In this document: positions 48,791 to 58,407 of the stretch, one piece after another
Position numbering within the stretch: the stretch's first letter is position 1
Layout of the letters: every line of letters starts with the position of its first letter
Assembly: GCA_965223665.1 (NCBI GenBank)
Contig: OZ245011.1
Location: 1,696,001-1,760,000 of the forward strand
Origin: Nitrospinaceae bacterium
GTDB taxonomy: Bacteria; Nitrospinota; Nitrospinia; Nitrospinales; Nitrospinaceae
Length of the DNA: 64,000 bases
Direction: 5' to 3'
Made by a program: the position numbers and the translations under genes
The notes under the pieces: model-generated
What the model was told of the DNA's origin: nothing
What the model saw: only the letters and a program-made list of their open reading frames with translations
Database searches by the model: none

Positions 48791-49657
48791 TTACCGATCG
48801 GACTTCCTGCTTTTTTGTCCGGCTTTTTTTTTATCTGCCGCTTTGATTTCCTCATCGAATTTAATCAAAGTCTTTACCAGAAAATTTTGATCAACTACCG
48901 TAATATTGAGTTCCTGAGTCAGCAACCTGTTTTCGGGTAGAGGAAGGATTTCTGCACGAATGGTAAGTCCGCAGGCTTCACTCCAGGAATGATCCCCGGC
49001 AAACCAGAGCTTGGGATTGTTCACACATCGTTGTATAAACACATCGGGGCTTGTAATGCGTTTTCCATCGGCCGCAAAAACCCAGTCCAAATTAATTGCA
49101 CCTTTTCGATGCGTGGCACTGAACACACCCTTTTCAGTTTGCCGCATGTGAGGGTTACTGTACTTTTTGGCCAAAGTTTTCTCCAGACTCGCCACCGTAG
49201 GATTATCACCTTTTTTAAACCGTGTTCGCCGCCAAATACTCACTGCAACTTCTCGACCCTGGGCTCCAATAAACCCCACCATGATTTCGTTGGTCACTTC
49301 CTTTCGTCCTCGAAATCGTTTACCATACGTTTCGCAATCCACATAGCTGCCCTTGGGGACCCGGCTTCTTCGTTGTTGGCTTTCTTCTACGGAGCAAGGA
49401 GTTCCATTCAAACCGCGCACTATTTGTCGTTGAGCAGCACCCTGTTTCTGGCGAATCCATTTGTGAGAAGTTCCTATACTCTTAACATCCGCACGTTTCT
49501 TTAAAACAGCCACCACTTCTTCATAACTCATTCCGGTAGTGAGCCCTTCTATATCGGTTGACTTAGGACCCTGTGGCCACCCTGCAATCGGATAACAAAT
49601 TATTACCCCTATTATTGAAAGGATCCCAAGAAACTCATACCTGGATGTTATTCTCAC
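48791..49657 (-). CDS. Exported hypothetical protein
   Basis: Signal-like N-terminus; DIEGL..GMS.EEV and L..KY..P motifs; paired Cys. Confidence 0.65.
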   Translation of the reverse strand: MRITSRYEFLGILSIIGVIICYPIAGWPQGPKSTDIEGLTTGMSYEEVVAVLKKRADVKSIGTSHKWIRQKQGAAQRQIVRGLNGTPCSVEESQQRRSRVPKGSYVDCETYGKRFRGRKEVTNEIMVGFIGAQGREVAVSIWRRTRFKKGDNPTVASLEKTLAKKYSNPHMRQTEKGVFSATHRKGAINLDWVFAADGKRITSPDVFIQRCVNNPKLWFAGDHSWSEACGLTIRAEILPLPENRLLTQELNITVVDQNFLVKTLIKFDEEIKAADKKKAGQKSRKSDR

Positions 49658-49797
49658 GAATTCGCAGCCTTAAAGAAAAAATTAAGAAGTGAACAAAAAC
49701 TCTATTAAAAAAATTTTAAGTTTGACCCTGTGTAAAGTCAAGGTGAAATGCAAAGATAATATTTGAATAAGGCAACTTTTTCCTGTTACACAAAATT

Positions 49798-49995
49798 TTA
49801 GTCCAGTTTGGTTTTGAGACTAATCTTATTTTCATTGAGCTCTTCATCGGACAGGGTCTTCAGTTTGTCCCAATTCAAGGATATCGCCCGGAAGGATCTC
49901 CTTTTGTCCTCGACAAATGGATCCCACCGGTCCGACCGCAAAACCACCTTCAACAACTGATTTGTTTCCTCGTTTTTTTCAATTTGACTCTTCAT
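49798..49995 (-). CDS. Small hypothetical protein
   Basis: 65-aa ORF preceded by GGAG. Confidence 0.4.
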   Translation of the reverse strand: MKSQIEKNEETNQLLKVVLRSDRWDPFVEDKRRSFRAISLNWDKLKTLSDEELNENKISLKTKLD

Positions 49996-50128
49996 AACTC
50001 CGCCTTTTTGAAAGATAGTTTTTTATCGGAACTCGAATGAAGTGTAATTTTTTTCAGCATCCTTGAATTTCCATAAATTACATATTAACCTGAAAAAACA
50101 ATCAACATAATTATTTATCCGGGAAAGC

Positions 50129-51271
50129 GTGTCAAAAAATCAGGAGCAATCTGTTTTAATTATCGATGGCAATCGGTTTGATGCCGTTCTTGCTTTAAGT
50201 TGTCTGCATCAGGTTCCCAATTATAAAACTCATGTGTTAGCCACCGACCCACAAACTCCGCTGGCCGCGAGTCGACTCCCCGCTTCCTTTCATTTAAGAG
50301 AAACCAATCAGGATGATGAAAAAATCCAGGCCATACGCGAAGTAGCCGGTAAAGTGGGCGCCACTCTGCTCATGCCCGTAAGCAGACTGGGGACTTCTTT
50401 CACGATCAAAAACTTGAGTGCTCTCAAAGAAATTGCGCCGGTAGTGCCTGTTCCCTCATTGGGATCGTTCGAGATTGCAGAAAATAAAGGGATGCTTGCC
50501 TCTTTTTTAAAAGATAACGATCTTCCCATGCCGCCCACTCTGCATGGCACATTCGATGCTCATTTTTTTGAGGATCTGAGTACCATGCAATTTCCCGTTT
50601 TATTGAAGCCTTATATCGGCACCAGCGGAAACGGAATTCACCAATTTAAAGACTACACTTCTTTGGAAGAATTTTTGAAAAAAAACCAGGGGTCTTTAAA
50701 ACCTTTCATCATTCAAAGTAAGTTACGCGGCAAAGAAATGGCAGGAAACGTGTTAGCGAAGGAGGGTGAAATTCTGGCACATTCGTTTCAACAGGAAGTC
50801 ATACCGAATCCCATTCCTTATCGGTATCCCAGCGCGGTGAAATTTGCGCACCATCCGGAAGCGTTTGAATTGGTCAAACAATTAGTAGCGAAGCTAAACT
50901 GGAGCGGTGTCGCCAACTTCGGGCTGTTTATGGATGCAGACGACAATAAAAAAGTGAAACTGATTGAAATCAATCCGCGATATTGGGGACGTTTGCGCGG
51001 ATCTCTCAAGGCAGGAATCAACTTTCCGCATCTCGCCTGTCTGGCAGGACTGAACCAACCCCTTCCCCCAAACGAATATAAAAATTGCAAATTTGTCGAG
51101 CTTAAGGATTGGCTCAACATTTTAATCTATTCTTCCCGGCGCGCGGATTTACTCAAACTGGGCCCTACTGCCATTGGCTGGCGCTACGTCCTCCAGGACC
51201 CCTTCCCTTTTTTCAATATAATTTCGAACAAATTGAAATCTATTAAAAAACCAAATCCAAGAAGCTCCTAA
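50129..51271 (+). CDS. ATP-grasp (carboxylate-amine ligase-like) protein, copy 1
   Basis: AENK..LA.FL....LP.P.T, FPVLLKP..G.SG.GI, IIQ, LIEINPRYWG, AGINFP. Confidence 0.88.
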   Translation: MSKNQEQSVLIIDGNRFDAVLALSCLHQVPNYKTHVLATDPQTPLAASRLPASFHLRETNQDDEKIQAIREVAGKVGATLLMPVSRLGTSFTIKNLSALKEIAPVVPVPSLGSFEIAENKGMLASFLKDNDLPMPPTLHGTFDAHFFEDLSTMQFPVLLKPYIGTSGNGIHQFKDYTSLEEFLKKNQGSLKPFIIQSKLRGKEMAGNVLAKEGEILAHSFQQEVIPNPIPYRYPSAVKFAHHPEAFELVKQLVAKLNWSGVANFGLFMDADDNKKVKLIEINPRYWGRLRGSLKAGINFPHLACLAGLNQPLPPNEYKNCKFVELKDWLNILIYSSRRADLLKLGPTAIGWRYVLQDPFPFFNIISNKLKSIKKPNPRSS

Positions 51272-51337
51272 ACAAATTTTCATTTTGTTATTTTTCTCAA
51301 CTCAAAGTTTCTTTTCTTTCGTTTAATTTCCCTTACA

Positions 51338-51919
51338 ATGGAAATGAGTATGAAATCTATTATAGCAATTTTAATAACAGCGTTTTTAACGCTGTCGGGT
51401 TGTGCGGAGCATGAGCACTTTAGCGAGACTTATGTGCTCAAGTCAGGAAGACAATATTATGTGAACGACTTTCGAATTTGGCTGGTGCTTGGTGCAAAAC
51501 ACTCTCATTATAATAAGGATAAATGGTCCCAAATAAAGTATTTATTCACCGACACGCATGAAGAGTCTGGTTACCCTTATACTCTTCTCATAGGATCCAG
51601 ATATACAGGCAAACTCAAAGAAACTGCCAAAATATTCGATCTTAAAATGAAGGTGGGTGACCAGGAAGAAATAGATTTGCTCCGTCAGCATAAAGCGGTA
51701 TTGGAAATTGCTTATGACCCGCCGACCAACCCCCTTATGCCCGGAACCATGGAGTTTCCACTGGGAGACCAACTCCCCTTTCAAGAAGGTCAACAGGTGA
51801 CCTTCACCATGACGTTCCGCGCCCCGGACAATAAACAAACTCAAATTCTCGAATATACTTTCGAAGGAAAAACCAAAAACCACACCTACACAACGATGGA
51901 CGTTATCAATTCTGTATAA
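51338..51919 (+). CDS. Hypothetical lipoprotein
   Basis: Lipobox LSGC after a hydrophobic stretch. Confidence 0.7.
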   Translation: MEMSMKSIIAILITAFLTLSGCAEHEHFSETYVLKSGRQYYVNDFRIWLVLGAKHSHYNKDKWSQIKYLFTDTHEESGYPYTLLIGSRYTGKLKETAKIFDLKMKVGDQEEIDLLRQHKAVLEIAYDPPTNPLMPGTMEFPLGDQLPFQEGQQVTFTMTFRAPDNKQTQILEYTFEGKTKNHTYTTMDVINSV

Positions 51920-52058
51920 AAAGTTACGTCTTTGAACTGAAAAAATTTTTTATTGTAACTTCGACTGCTTCGTAAAATTAAAACCCATCCACCCCACAAG
52001 CAAGATGGTAATGTTATAATGGAAAAAATTTCACACATCACTCATTAACCAAAAATAA

Positions 52059-53195
52059 GTGCAGCCCAAATCCCAACAATCTGTTTTAATCATCGACGGT
52101 AATCGATATGTCGGATACCTGGTATTAAGCTGTCTGGCGCAGGTTCCTGATTACAAAATCCATGTATTAGCCACGGACGCGAACAGCTCGCTGCGACAGA
52201 GTCGCCTGCATGCTTCCTTTCATTTAGCAGACCCGAAGAACGATGAAGATTATCTAGAAACCATTCGGACCGTGGCCCGCAAGGTGGGCGCCACTCTTCT
52301 GATGCCGGCGAGTCGAATTGGAATCCATTTCGCCATTCGCAATTTAAAAGCGCTGCAACAAATCGCGCGGGTGATTCCTGTGCCTCCCCTGGACTCGTTT
52401 GAAACGGCTGAGGACAAAGGCAAACTAGCGGAGTTTTTAAAGGAACATGATATTCCTACACCACCTTCCGTTGCCTGCACATTGGACCCGAGTTTTTTTC
52501 ATGAAGTGAAACAACTGAGGTTTCCGGTATTACTGAAACCTAACATAGGGACCAGCGGGATTGGAATTCGCGAGTTCGAAACCTTCGCCTCACTGGAACA
52601 GTATCTGGAAAAAAACAAAAATGATTTAGAGCCCTGTATTATTCAAAGCAAACTACGCGGCTCCAATATGTCCGGGAACGTACACGTTAAGGACGGAAAA
52701 ATTTTAATCCACTCCTTTCAACGCACGTACATTCCCAACCCGGCACCGTTTCGTTTTCCCAGCGCCATTAAATTTGGACCTCACCCGGAAGCCTTTGCAC
52801 TGCTAACCGATTTGATGGCAAAACTAAACTGGACCGGCATTGCAAATATCGGTCTTTTCGTCGACCATGATGACAACCATAAAGTGAAAGTGTTAGAAAT
52901 CAACCCAAGGTATTGGGTGAATGTACGCGGAATGCTATTGGCGGGAATGAACTTTCCGCACATCGCCTGCTTGATGGCTTTGGATGAACCGTTACCTCCC
53001 AACGAATATAAAAACTGCAAGTTTGCAGAATTTCAGGAATGGCTTAACATTTTAGTTTATTCGTCCCAACGCAAAGACCTTCTCAAACTCGGTCCCTCCG
53101 CCATCGGCTGGCCCTACGCCCTGCAAGACCCCATCCCTTTTCTAAAGAATGTGTCCAATAAACTTAAATTCGTATCGAAGTCCAATCGACCATAA
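52059..53195 (+). CDS. ATP-grasp protein, copy 2
   Basis: FPVLLKPNIGTSGIGI, LEINPRYW, AGMNFP; collinear with copy 1. Confidence 0.88.
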   Translation: MQPKSQQSVLIIDGNRYVGYLVLSCLAQVPDYKIHVLATDANSSLRQSRLHASFHLADPKNDEDYLETIRTVARKVGATLLMPASRIGIHFAIRNLKALQQIARVIPVPPLDSFETAEDKGKLAEFLKEHDIPTPPSVACTLDPSFFHEVKQLRFPVLLKPNIGTSGIGIREFETFASLEQYLEKNKNDLEPCIIQSKLRGSNMSGNVHVKDGKILIHSFQRTYIPNPAPFRFPSAIKFGPHPEAFALLTDLMAKLNWTGIANIGLFVDHDDNHKVKVLEINPRYWVNVRGMLLAGMNFPHIACLMALDEPLPPNEYKNCKFAEFQEWLNILVYSSQRKDLLKLGPSAIGWPYALQDPIPFLKNVSNKLKFVSKSNRP

Positions 53196-53339
53196 ACTTA
53201 ATTCTTGAAATAAATATTTTACAATTTGTTAGCTCTGTGAACTTTGTTATCAAAAATTGTATTGAAGTTATTGCTATTTTTTAATATATTCATGTTAATC
53301 AATTCCAAAAACCTCCAAATATTCAGAGGTGTAAATTAG

Positions 53340-53816
53340 ATGAATTTCGAAATCTCAAAAGATTTAATTATTAAGATTTTGTTAGTCATCATTCTACTTC
53401 TTTGCACGCCTTATTTATTTGAAAATCTTTTCCAAAAAAATTCAAAGATTCCAATCGTAGAACAAGATGAAGGACCACAACTTGAAATAAAACAACTTAT
53501 AGGCAAAATCCGTGAAGAATTAGAAGAAATGGATAACGAGCGAAGAATATTAAATAAGGCAGCCTTATTAGAACTTGATCACATTGATTTAGAAATTAAT
53601 TTTGTTGTTCAAAGTATCAGCAAGGAAGGAGGAGCCTTAAAACCTCAATTTTTGGTAGTGGAAAAAACCTCAGAATTAAGCTCTAAAAAGGTTCAAAAGA
53701 TAAAAATTCATATGAAGGCGGTTAAAGGAAAGAGTTTTGAAATTTCTGGCGGCAAGCTCCCACTATCAAACAAAGAAAACGAAACCATTTTAGGAACCGT
53801 TCCTCCTCCCAAATAG
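53340..53816 (+). CDS. Trypco2-like protein with N-terminal TM helix
   Basis: L.I..LI..IR.EL.....L.L..I.LE.NFVV......GG.LK...L........S...VQKIKI.M. Confidence 0.6.
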   Translation: MNFEISKDLIIKILLVIILLLCTPYLFENLFQKNSKIPIVEQDEGPQLEIKQLIGKIREELEEMDNERRILNKAALLELDHIDLEINFVVQSISKEGGALKPQFLVVEKTSELSSKKVQKIKIHMKAVKGKSFEISGGKLPLSNKENETILGTVPPPK

Positions 53817-53826
53817 GAGACACAAA

Positions 53827-54651
53827 ATGCACTGCCCATTTCGAATTTTAGGAGTCCATACCTCTACTATTTTGATGTTTTTTTTATTCCTCCTGATTTC
53901 TCAATCCATTGCATTCGCAAGCCCTCAAGGAGTTTATTTTCAACTGTATCCTTCAAACTCTGATTACCTTGAAATCCAAATTGATGCCAGCAATTTAAAA
54001 CGAAATCAATATATTCCTTCCAGCATTTTAGGTGTAAAGTTTAAGCAATCGAACGGCAAATCGGTTAAAAAAGAATTCTCCATACCACAAATAAGTTCCG
54101 GTCAGTATAGAATGTACCAAGAGCATGGGATAGCCAATGTTATTTCGGTCGAAAGCGGATCATGGAAAGGAATTGTTGAAATTAGCGGAGGCAAGGTAGA
54201 TGATGGAAAACCACGCCCTCCCGGTAAGAGATTTGAAAAATCTGGCCAACGTAAAGCTGTAAGCAAGAAAGCAGGAGAACAATTACTAGGCCAAAAACCC
54301 CCATCCAAAAGAACTCGAATCAGTTCGAGAAGAAATCCAAATTATCCTCCGAATTATTTAGGCTGTTTTAAAGATAAGGGAGATGCAAGTAATCTTAAAA
54401 ATCTTACAAATAGGGATTTAAATGGAACTCATTTAAGCAAAAATAATATGACCGTTAGGGATTGTCGATTCGAATGTGGTCGAAAAGGATTTAAATATGC
54501 CGGATTGCAATACAGCAGCCAATGTTACTGCGGAAATTCGTATGGAAAGTATGGGAAATTGAAGGACCAAAATTGCTCATCATTATGCTGTGGCAATCCA
54601 ACAAAAATTTGTGGCGGATCATGGGCTAATAGTGTTTACAAAGCTCGCTAA
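53827..54651 (+). CDS. Secreted protein with C-terminal WSC carbohydrate-binding domain
   Basis: YLGCFKD...RDL...MT...C...C...GF.YAGLQY..QCYCGN...C...C.GN...ICGG.WANSVY. Confidence 0.88.
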   Translation: MHCPFRILGVHTSTILMFFLFLLISQSIAFASPQGVYFQLYPSNSDYLEIQIDASNLKRNQYIPSSILGVKFKQSNGKSVKKEFSIPQISSGQYRMYQEHGIANVISVESGSWKGIVEISGGKVDDGKPRPPGKRFEKSGQRKAVSKKAGEQLLGQKPPSKRTRISSRRNPNYPPNYLGCFKDKGDASNLKNLTNRDLNGTHLSKNNMTVRDCRFECGRKGFKYAGLQYSSQCYCGNSYGKYGKLKDQNCSSLCCGNPTKICGGSWANSVYKAR

Positions 54652-54714
54652 GGTTTTTCAGTTTCACTTGGCTTTAAAGTTAAAAACACAGCGATTGGAA
54701 AAGCCAACATAAAT

Positions 54715-55218
54715 CTACGGCAAAACGTTTTTCCTGAGGAATTTTCCGGTGGTGGCGTTGATGAAGATGGAGAGGTCACCGGAGTTATATCCGCTGTTCA
54801 CCGACCAGGCGATCTCTTTGGATCCAAATACAGCGAGGCCCATCGACAGGCTGTCTTCCTTTGCTCCGTTTTTCTTTGCGACTTCCATGGCCTGGTTACT
54901 GTCGATAAATTTTTCGCCCACCGGTTTCTTTAATCCGTAAGGCAATTTTAAAACTTCCAGTTTTTCACCGGTCTGACTCACACTTAAAAACTTTTTCGCT
55001 GACGGACTGAAAAACGCGTATGTCCAGGAGTCGGACGTTCCATCGGCTTTGACACTCAGGGTCGCAAGGTTGGTGAGCACGGCGTCTTTGTTCCAGGCTT
55101 TGGCTTTTTCTACGGCCTGCGGCAATAGGGCTCGGGCCGTCGTCCCCTGTGCCAGAGACAGTCCCGGCATCACCATTAAAATTAAAAAGAACACGACCAA
55201 CTTTAATTTCACTTTCAT
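54715..55218 (-). CDS. Exported PepSY-like protein
   Basis: Signal peptide; AKAWN.DA.L, DG....W.Y.F.SP, IDS..AM..A, INATTGK. Confidence 0.65.
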   Translation of the reverse strand: MKVKLKLVVFFLILMVMPGLSLAQGTTARALLPQAVEKAKAWNKDAVLTNLATLSVKADGTSDSWTYAFFSPSAKKFLSVSQTGEKLEVLKLPYGLKKPVGEKFIDSNQAMEVAKKNGAKEDSLSMGLAVFGSKEIAWSVNSGYNSGDLSIFINATTGKFLRKNVLP

Positions 55219-55253
55219 GGCTTTCTCCAACTAATAGATTTGATGTCTCATCG

Positions 55254-58106
55254 TTATCTTTGTATTTTCGGTAACGCCCTTCGACCGGTGAGAGGCTTTT
55301 GTCGGGATTCTTCCTGTGCCGAATCCGACTCGTTTACCGTGGAACCATCCCTGCCATTGGAATTTTTGGGTTTCACCTCCAATATTGCTTCCGGCGTCGA
55401 TTGTCGTTGGGGTATGGCCAACCGTCCCGAACCTGATTTTTGATTCGCTCCCGGAACCGGTTCCGTAGCCAGCACTCGCGACTTGCTGGCATCGAACGGT
55501 GTAATTTGTTTGCCATCCTTAGCGGAAACATTATGAGTGACAGATTGTTTGAAAAAATGATTCTGCGGCGGCAATTTTTTAAAGAACCGTTTGGGATTAT
55601 CAATTTTACAGGCCACTTCATGAGTACCGGGTTTCTTATATGTCCATAGTTTGGTTTGTTCAAATCCTTTATTGTCCTTGGGCGTGGACACACCCACGGT
55701 TTGACCGTCAATGGCAATCACTCCGGTACCGCGCAAAGACTTTGGCTTCATTTTAACTATCAAACTCATGGCTTTCATTCCCTTTTTACCGCAGGGATTC
55801 CATTCCATTCGATCGGTTTTGGGAACATACCTACAACGGATCTGGAACTGGTCTCCGGTTCGCAAAAGAGGAACCGAGGATTCTAAAACCGGCGGTTGTG
55901 GTGCCAGATAAGTCAGATCAAATCCGCAAGCCTCTCCGGTTTTTTCCTGTGATGGCGGTTGGCCGGTCAGAACTCCGGAAGGTACCGCTTTCATATTGGT
56001 TCCTCCTTTGGATTGATCTGACTTGTTCACCGTCCGATGACTTCTTATTTTTTTTTCCCGGTCACCTCCCCGGTGTGCGGCCAGTGGCTTGCCTCCCAGA
56101 GCTTCATTGGGAGCGGCTTTCATGGAATTGCCTGCTACTTTTTGATCGGACTGTTTCACGGTGCGATCCGGAACATAACACACCTCATCGGCTCCATTGC
56201 GATCCGGGTCCTGTGGGCAAGCATTAAACTTTACCCTTCCATACCCGGGAACGGAAGGCACAGCCATTTTGCCAACACAGGAAATTCCTAAAGGATCCCA
56301 AATTTGAAAACACGGGTTTGTCTGAGAGGCGGTGCTTTTGGATTCAGTCGGTTTCCCATTGAGTGCCAACACAAACTTCTTCGCGGTTTTCTTACCGGAA
56401 ACAAAGTTGGGTTTTTCGTAATAAGCGCAACGCGTTTCCACCCGATCCGCCGGCAATAAATGATGCCGGGGGAACCCATCCAAAAGTGCTTCACAGGTTT
56501 TTGTTTTCCAGGGCCGTGTACAGGCCACCTGCGGATCGAAACCTCCGGGTTTCTTTGGATCTTTCTCAAGATAACGACAACGTTTAACGCCAAGCACGGC
56601 AACAAAATTCTGTCCCAACGCTTTCGCCGAGGCGGGGCGATTCAGTTGGCAATACTTATTGGTTCGATAATCTTTATCCGACTCACCGAGGCAGGCGGCA
56701 AATCCATCGTAGGATTGGCAGTCAAAGGATAAAGCCGTTCCCTTCGTAGTTTGCATGCATTTATTTTTAGCGAGTTTAGGAATCACGTTGGTTTGAAGTC
56801 GTTTCCTTTCGTTCACAGCAACAGCGGAAAACAGTTTACCCACAGCACGAAAACACACCCACTCTACTGCAGAAGGTGGAGACATTTTGGGAAAGGTCAA
56901 TCGAGAGGTGCCTTTACCATAAATCAAATTACCAACATGAGTGCTACATTCAGAAAACTGTTTTTTATAAAAGTCGGCCCCTGCTTGACTGTTCACAAAC
57001 ATTTGCAACGGCAACTGCCCCTGGACAAGAGCATTCCAATCCTGGGGAGGCAACGAGTCGATAAACTTTTTATATGCACCGGCTTCATCATGACTGAATA
57101 CCTCAACGGCCCGGTTCATCACAGGGGATTTCAACCAGCCTCTAAAATAAGTTTCAGGTAGAGACTGCACCAGGGTGACTAAAGCCGACGCTTCCTTATG
57201 CAGTTGCTGACTCATTTTAGACGGACACAACGCACCAAAAGAAAGACTGCCATAAGCGACGCATTGTTTAATCTCCGGAGGATCCAAACCCAGATTCGAG
57301 CGCTTCGTCATGAGTGCCTGCACCACGCGTTTATATATTAACGGACGGATGACCCGGGCATAGTAGGTATCCGCATCCATTTTTTTCTTGCCACCACCGC
57401 CGGAAAGCACTTTGTTGACTGCTTTAGTCGCATCCTGCGCAACGTTCACAAACTCCTTACCGAATTTCGCCACTTCAGCAACGGCTTTACCGAGGGTTCC
57501 GCAGGCCTGGCTTTTCATAGGAATATTTGGAGCAATTTCACAGGCTAATTCAAAGCCGAACAATTGGATGAGTTTCCATATATTCACCTTCGGCCAGGAT
57601 TTAACGGTCACTAAAATTTCATAGACAATAGGCTCGGCTTTGTTCAGGACTTTATCGGCCAATTCGCCACAAACGAACGGTTTGAGCGGCCCGCCCCAGG
57701 AGAGCCCCGCCTTGCAGGCGATCTGCCCCAACAACTTTACACCTGTAAGTTCCAAAACACGTATCCAGTCGGAAGCGTTTGCGGCTTTAATGATATCCAC
57801 CGCCGCTTTTATCGCCGGATCGTTGGGGACAAACTGCTGCGCGGCCTGTTCCGCCTGCGATGTTGCCTCTTTTTTCAGTTGAGCAGATTTTTTGCTGGCT
57901 AAAGATTTAACATCGATACACTGTGCGGGACTTTTTTTAACAAGGCACTCCACCAAAGGTTTAGCGTCAATAATAGCGGAGTCAATCACCCCGGCTTGAG
58001 CCAGCAATTTCAATATGGTGTCGATGGAATCTGCTGTAGCAACGGTGGGAAAGGACAAACATCCCATCAATAAAAGTCCAAATAGAAGTGAGGTAAGGTT
58101 TCTCAT
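55254..58106 (-). CDS. Large secreted cysteine-rich hypothetical protein
   Basis: Signal peptide ending ATA; about 27 Cys by manual count; internal duplication; Ig/CARDB-like C-terminal segment. Confidence 0.75.
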   Translation of the reverse strand: MRNLTSLLFGLLLMGCLSFPTVATADSIDTILKLLAQAGVIDSAIIDAKPLVECLVKKSPAQCIDVKSLASKKSAQLKKEATSQAEQAAQQFVPNDPAIKAAVDIIKAANASDWIRVLELTGVKLLGQIACKAGLSWGGPLKPFVCGELADKVLNKAEPIVYEILVTVKSWPKVNIWKLIQLFGFELACEIAPNIPMKSQACGTLGKAVAEVAKFGKEFVNVAQDATKAVNKVLSGGGGKKKMDADTYYARVIRPLIYKRVVQALMTKRSNLGLDPPEIKQCVAYGSLSFGALCPSKMSQQLHKEASALVTLVQSLPETYFRGWLKSPVMNRAVEVFSHDEAGAYKKFIDSLPPQDWNALVQGQLPLQMFVNSQAGADFYKKQFSECSTHVGNLIYGKGTSRLTFPKMSPPSAVEWVCFRAVGKLFSAVAVNERKRLQTNVIPKLAKNKCMQTTKGTALSFDCQSYDGFAACLGESDKDYRTNKYCQLNRPASAKALGQNFVAVLGVKRCRYLEKDPKKPGGFDPQVACTRPWKTKTCEALLDGFPRHHLLPADRVETRCAYYEKPNFVSGKKTAKKFVLALNGKPTESKSTASQTNPCFQIWDPLGISCVGKMAVPSVPGYGRVKFNACPQDPDRNGADEVCYVPDRTVKQSDQKVAGNSMKAAPNEALGGKPLAAHRGGDREKKIRSHRTVNKSDQSKGGTNMKAVPSGVLTGQPPSQEKTGEACGFDLTYLAPQPPVLESSVPLLRTGDQFQIRCRYVPKTDRMEWNPCGKKGMKAMSLIVKMKPKSLRGTGVIAIDGQTVGVSTPKDNKGFEQTKLWTYKKPGTHEVACKIDNPKRFFKKLPPQNHFFKQSVTHNVSAKDGKQITPFDASKSRVLATEPVPGANQKSGSGRLAIPQRQSTPEAILEVKPKNSNGRDGSTVNESDSAQEESRQKPLTGRRALPKIQR

Positions 58107-58223
58107 ATAGAATTCCAGGTTTAAAGAAACGATGGAACTTTAAATTGTTTGCTCTATATATAAGGAAAAAACCGACTAGGACTTTGTTAAAACTGTATTG
58201 ATAGGAACCGAATCCATAGGGCC

Positions 58224-58252
58224 ATCATATGAATTATGAGTCAATCTGTCAA
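58224..58252 (-). promoter_or_regulatory. Near-consensus sigma70 promoter
   Basis: Minus strand TTGACA-gattgactcataattca(17)-TATGAT. Confidence 0.7.
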
Positions 58253-58407
58253 ATTGAATTGGAGGGTATTTTTTCTGAATTAAATCGCAAATGGAACAGA
58301 GGTTAAATTCCTATTTTTCAATCTTTTTGATTAAAGAAACAAACTAATATGCAGGAAAACCCTATAAGTATTTCCAAAGGAAATTCTTTTTATTACTATT
58401 CAAAATC

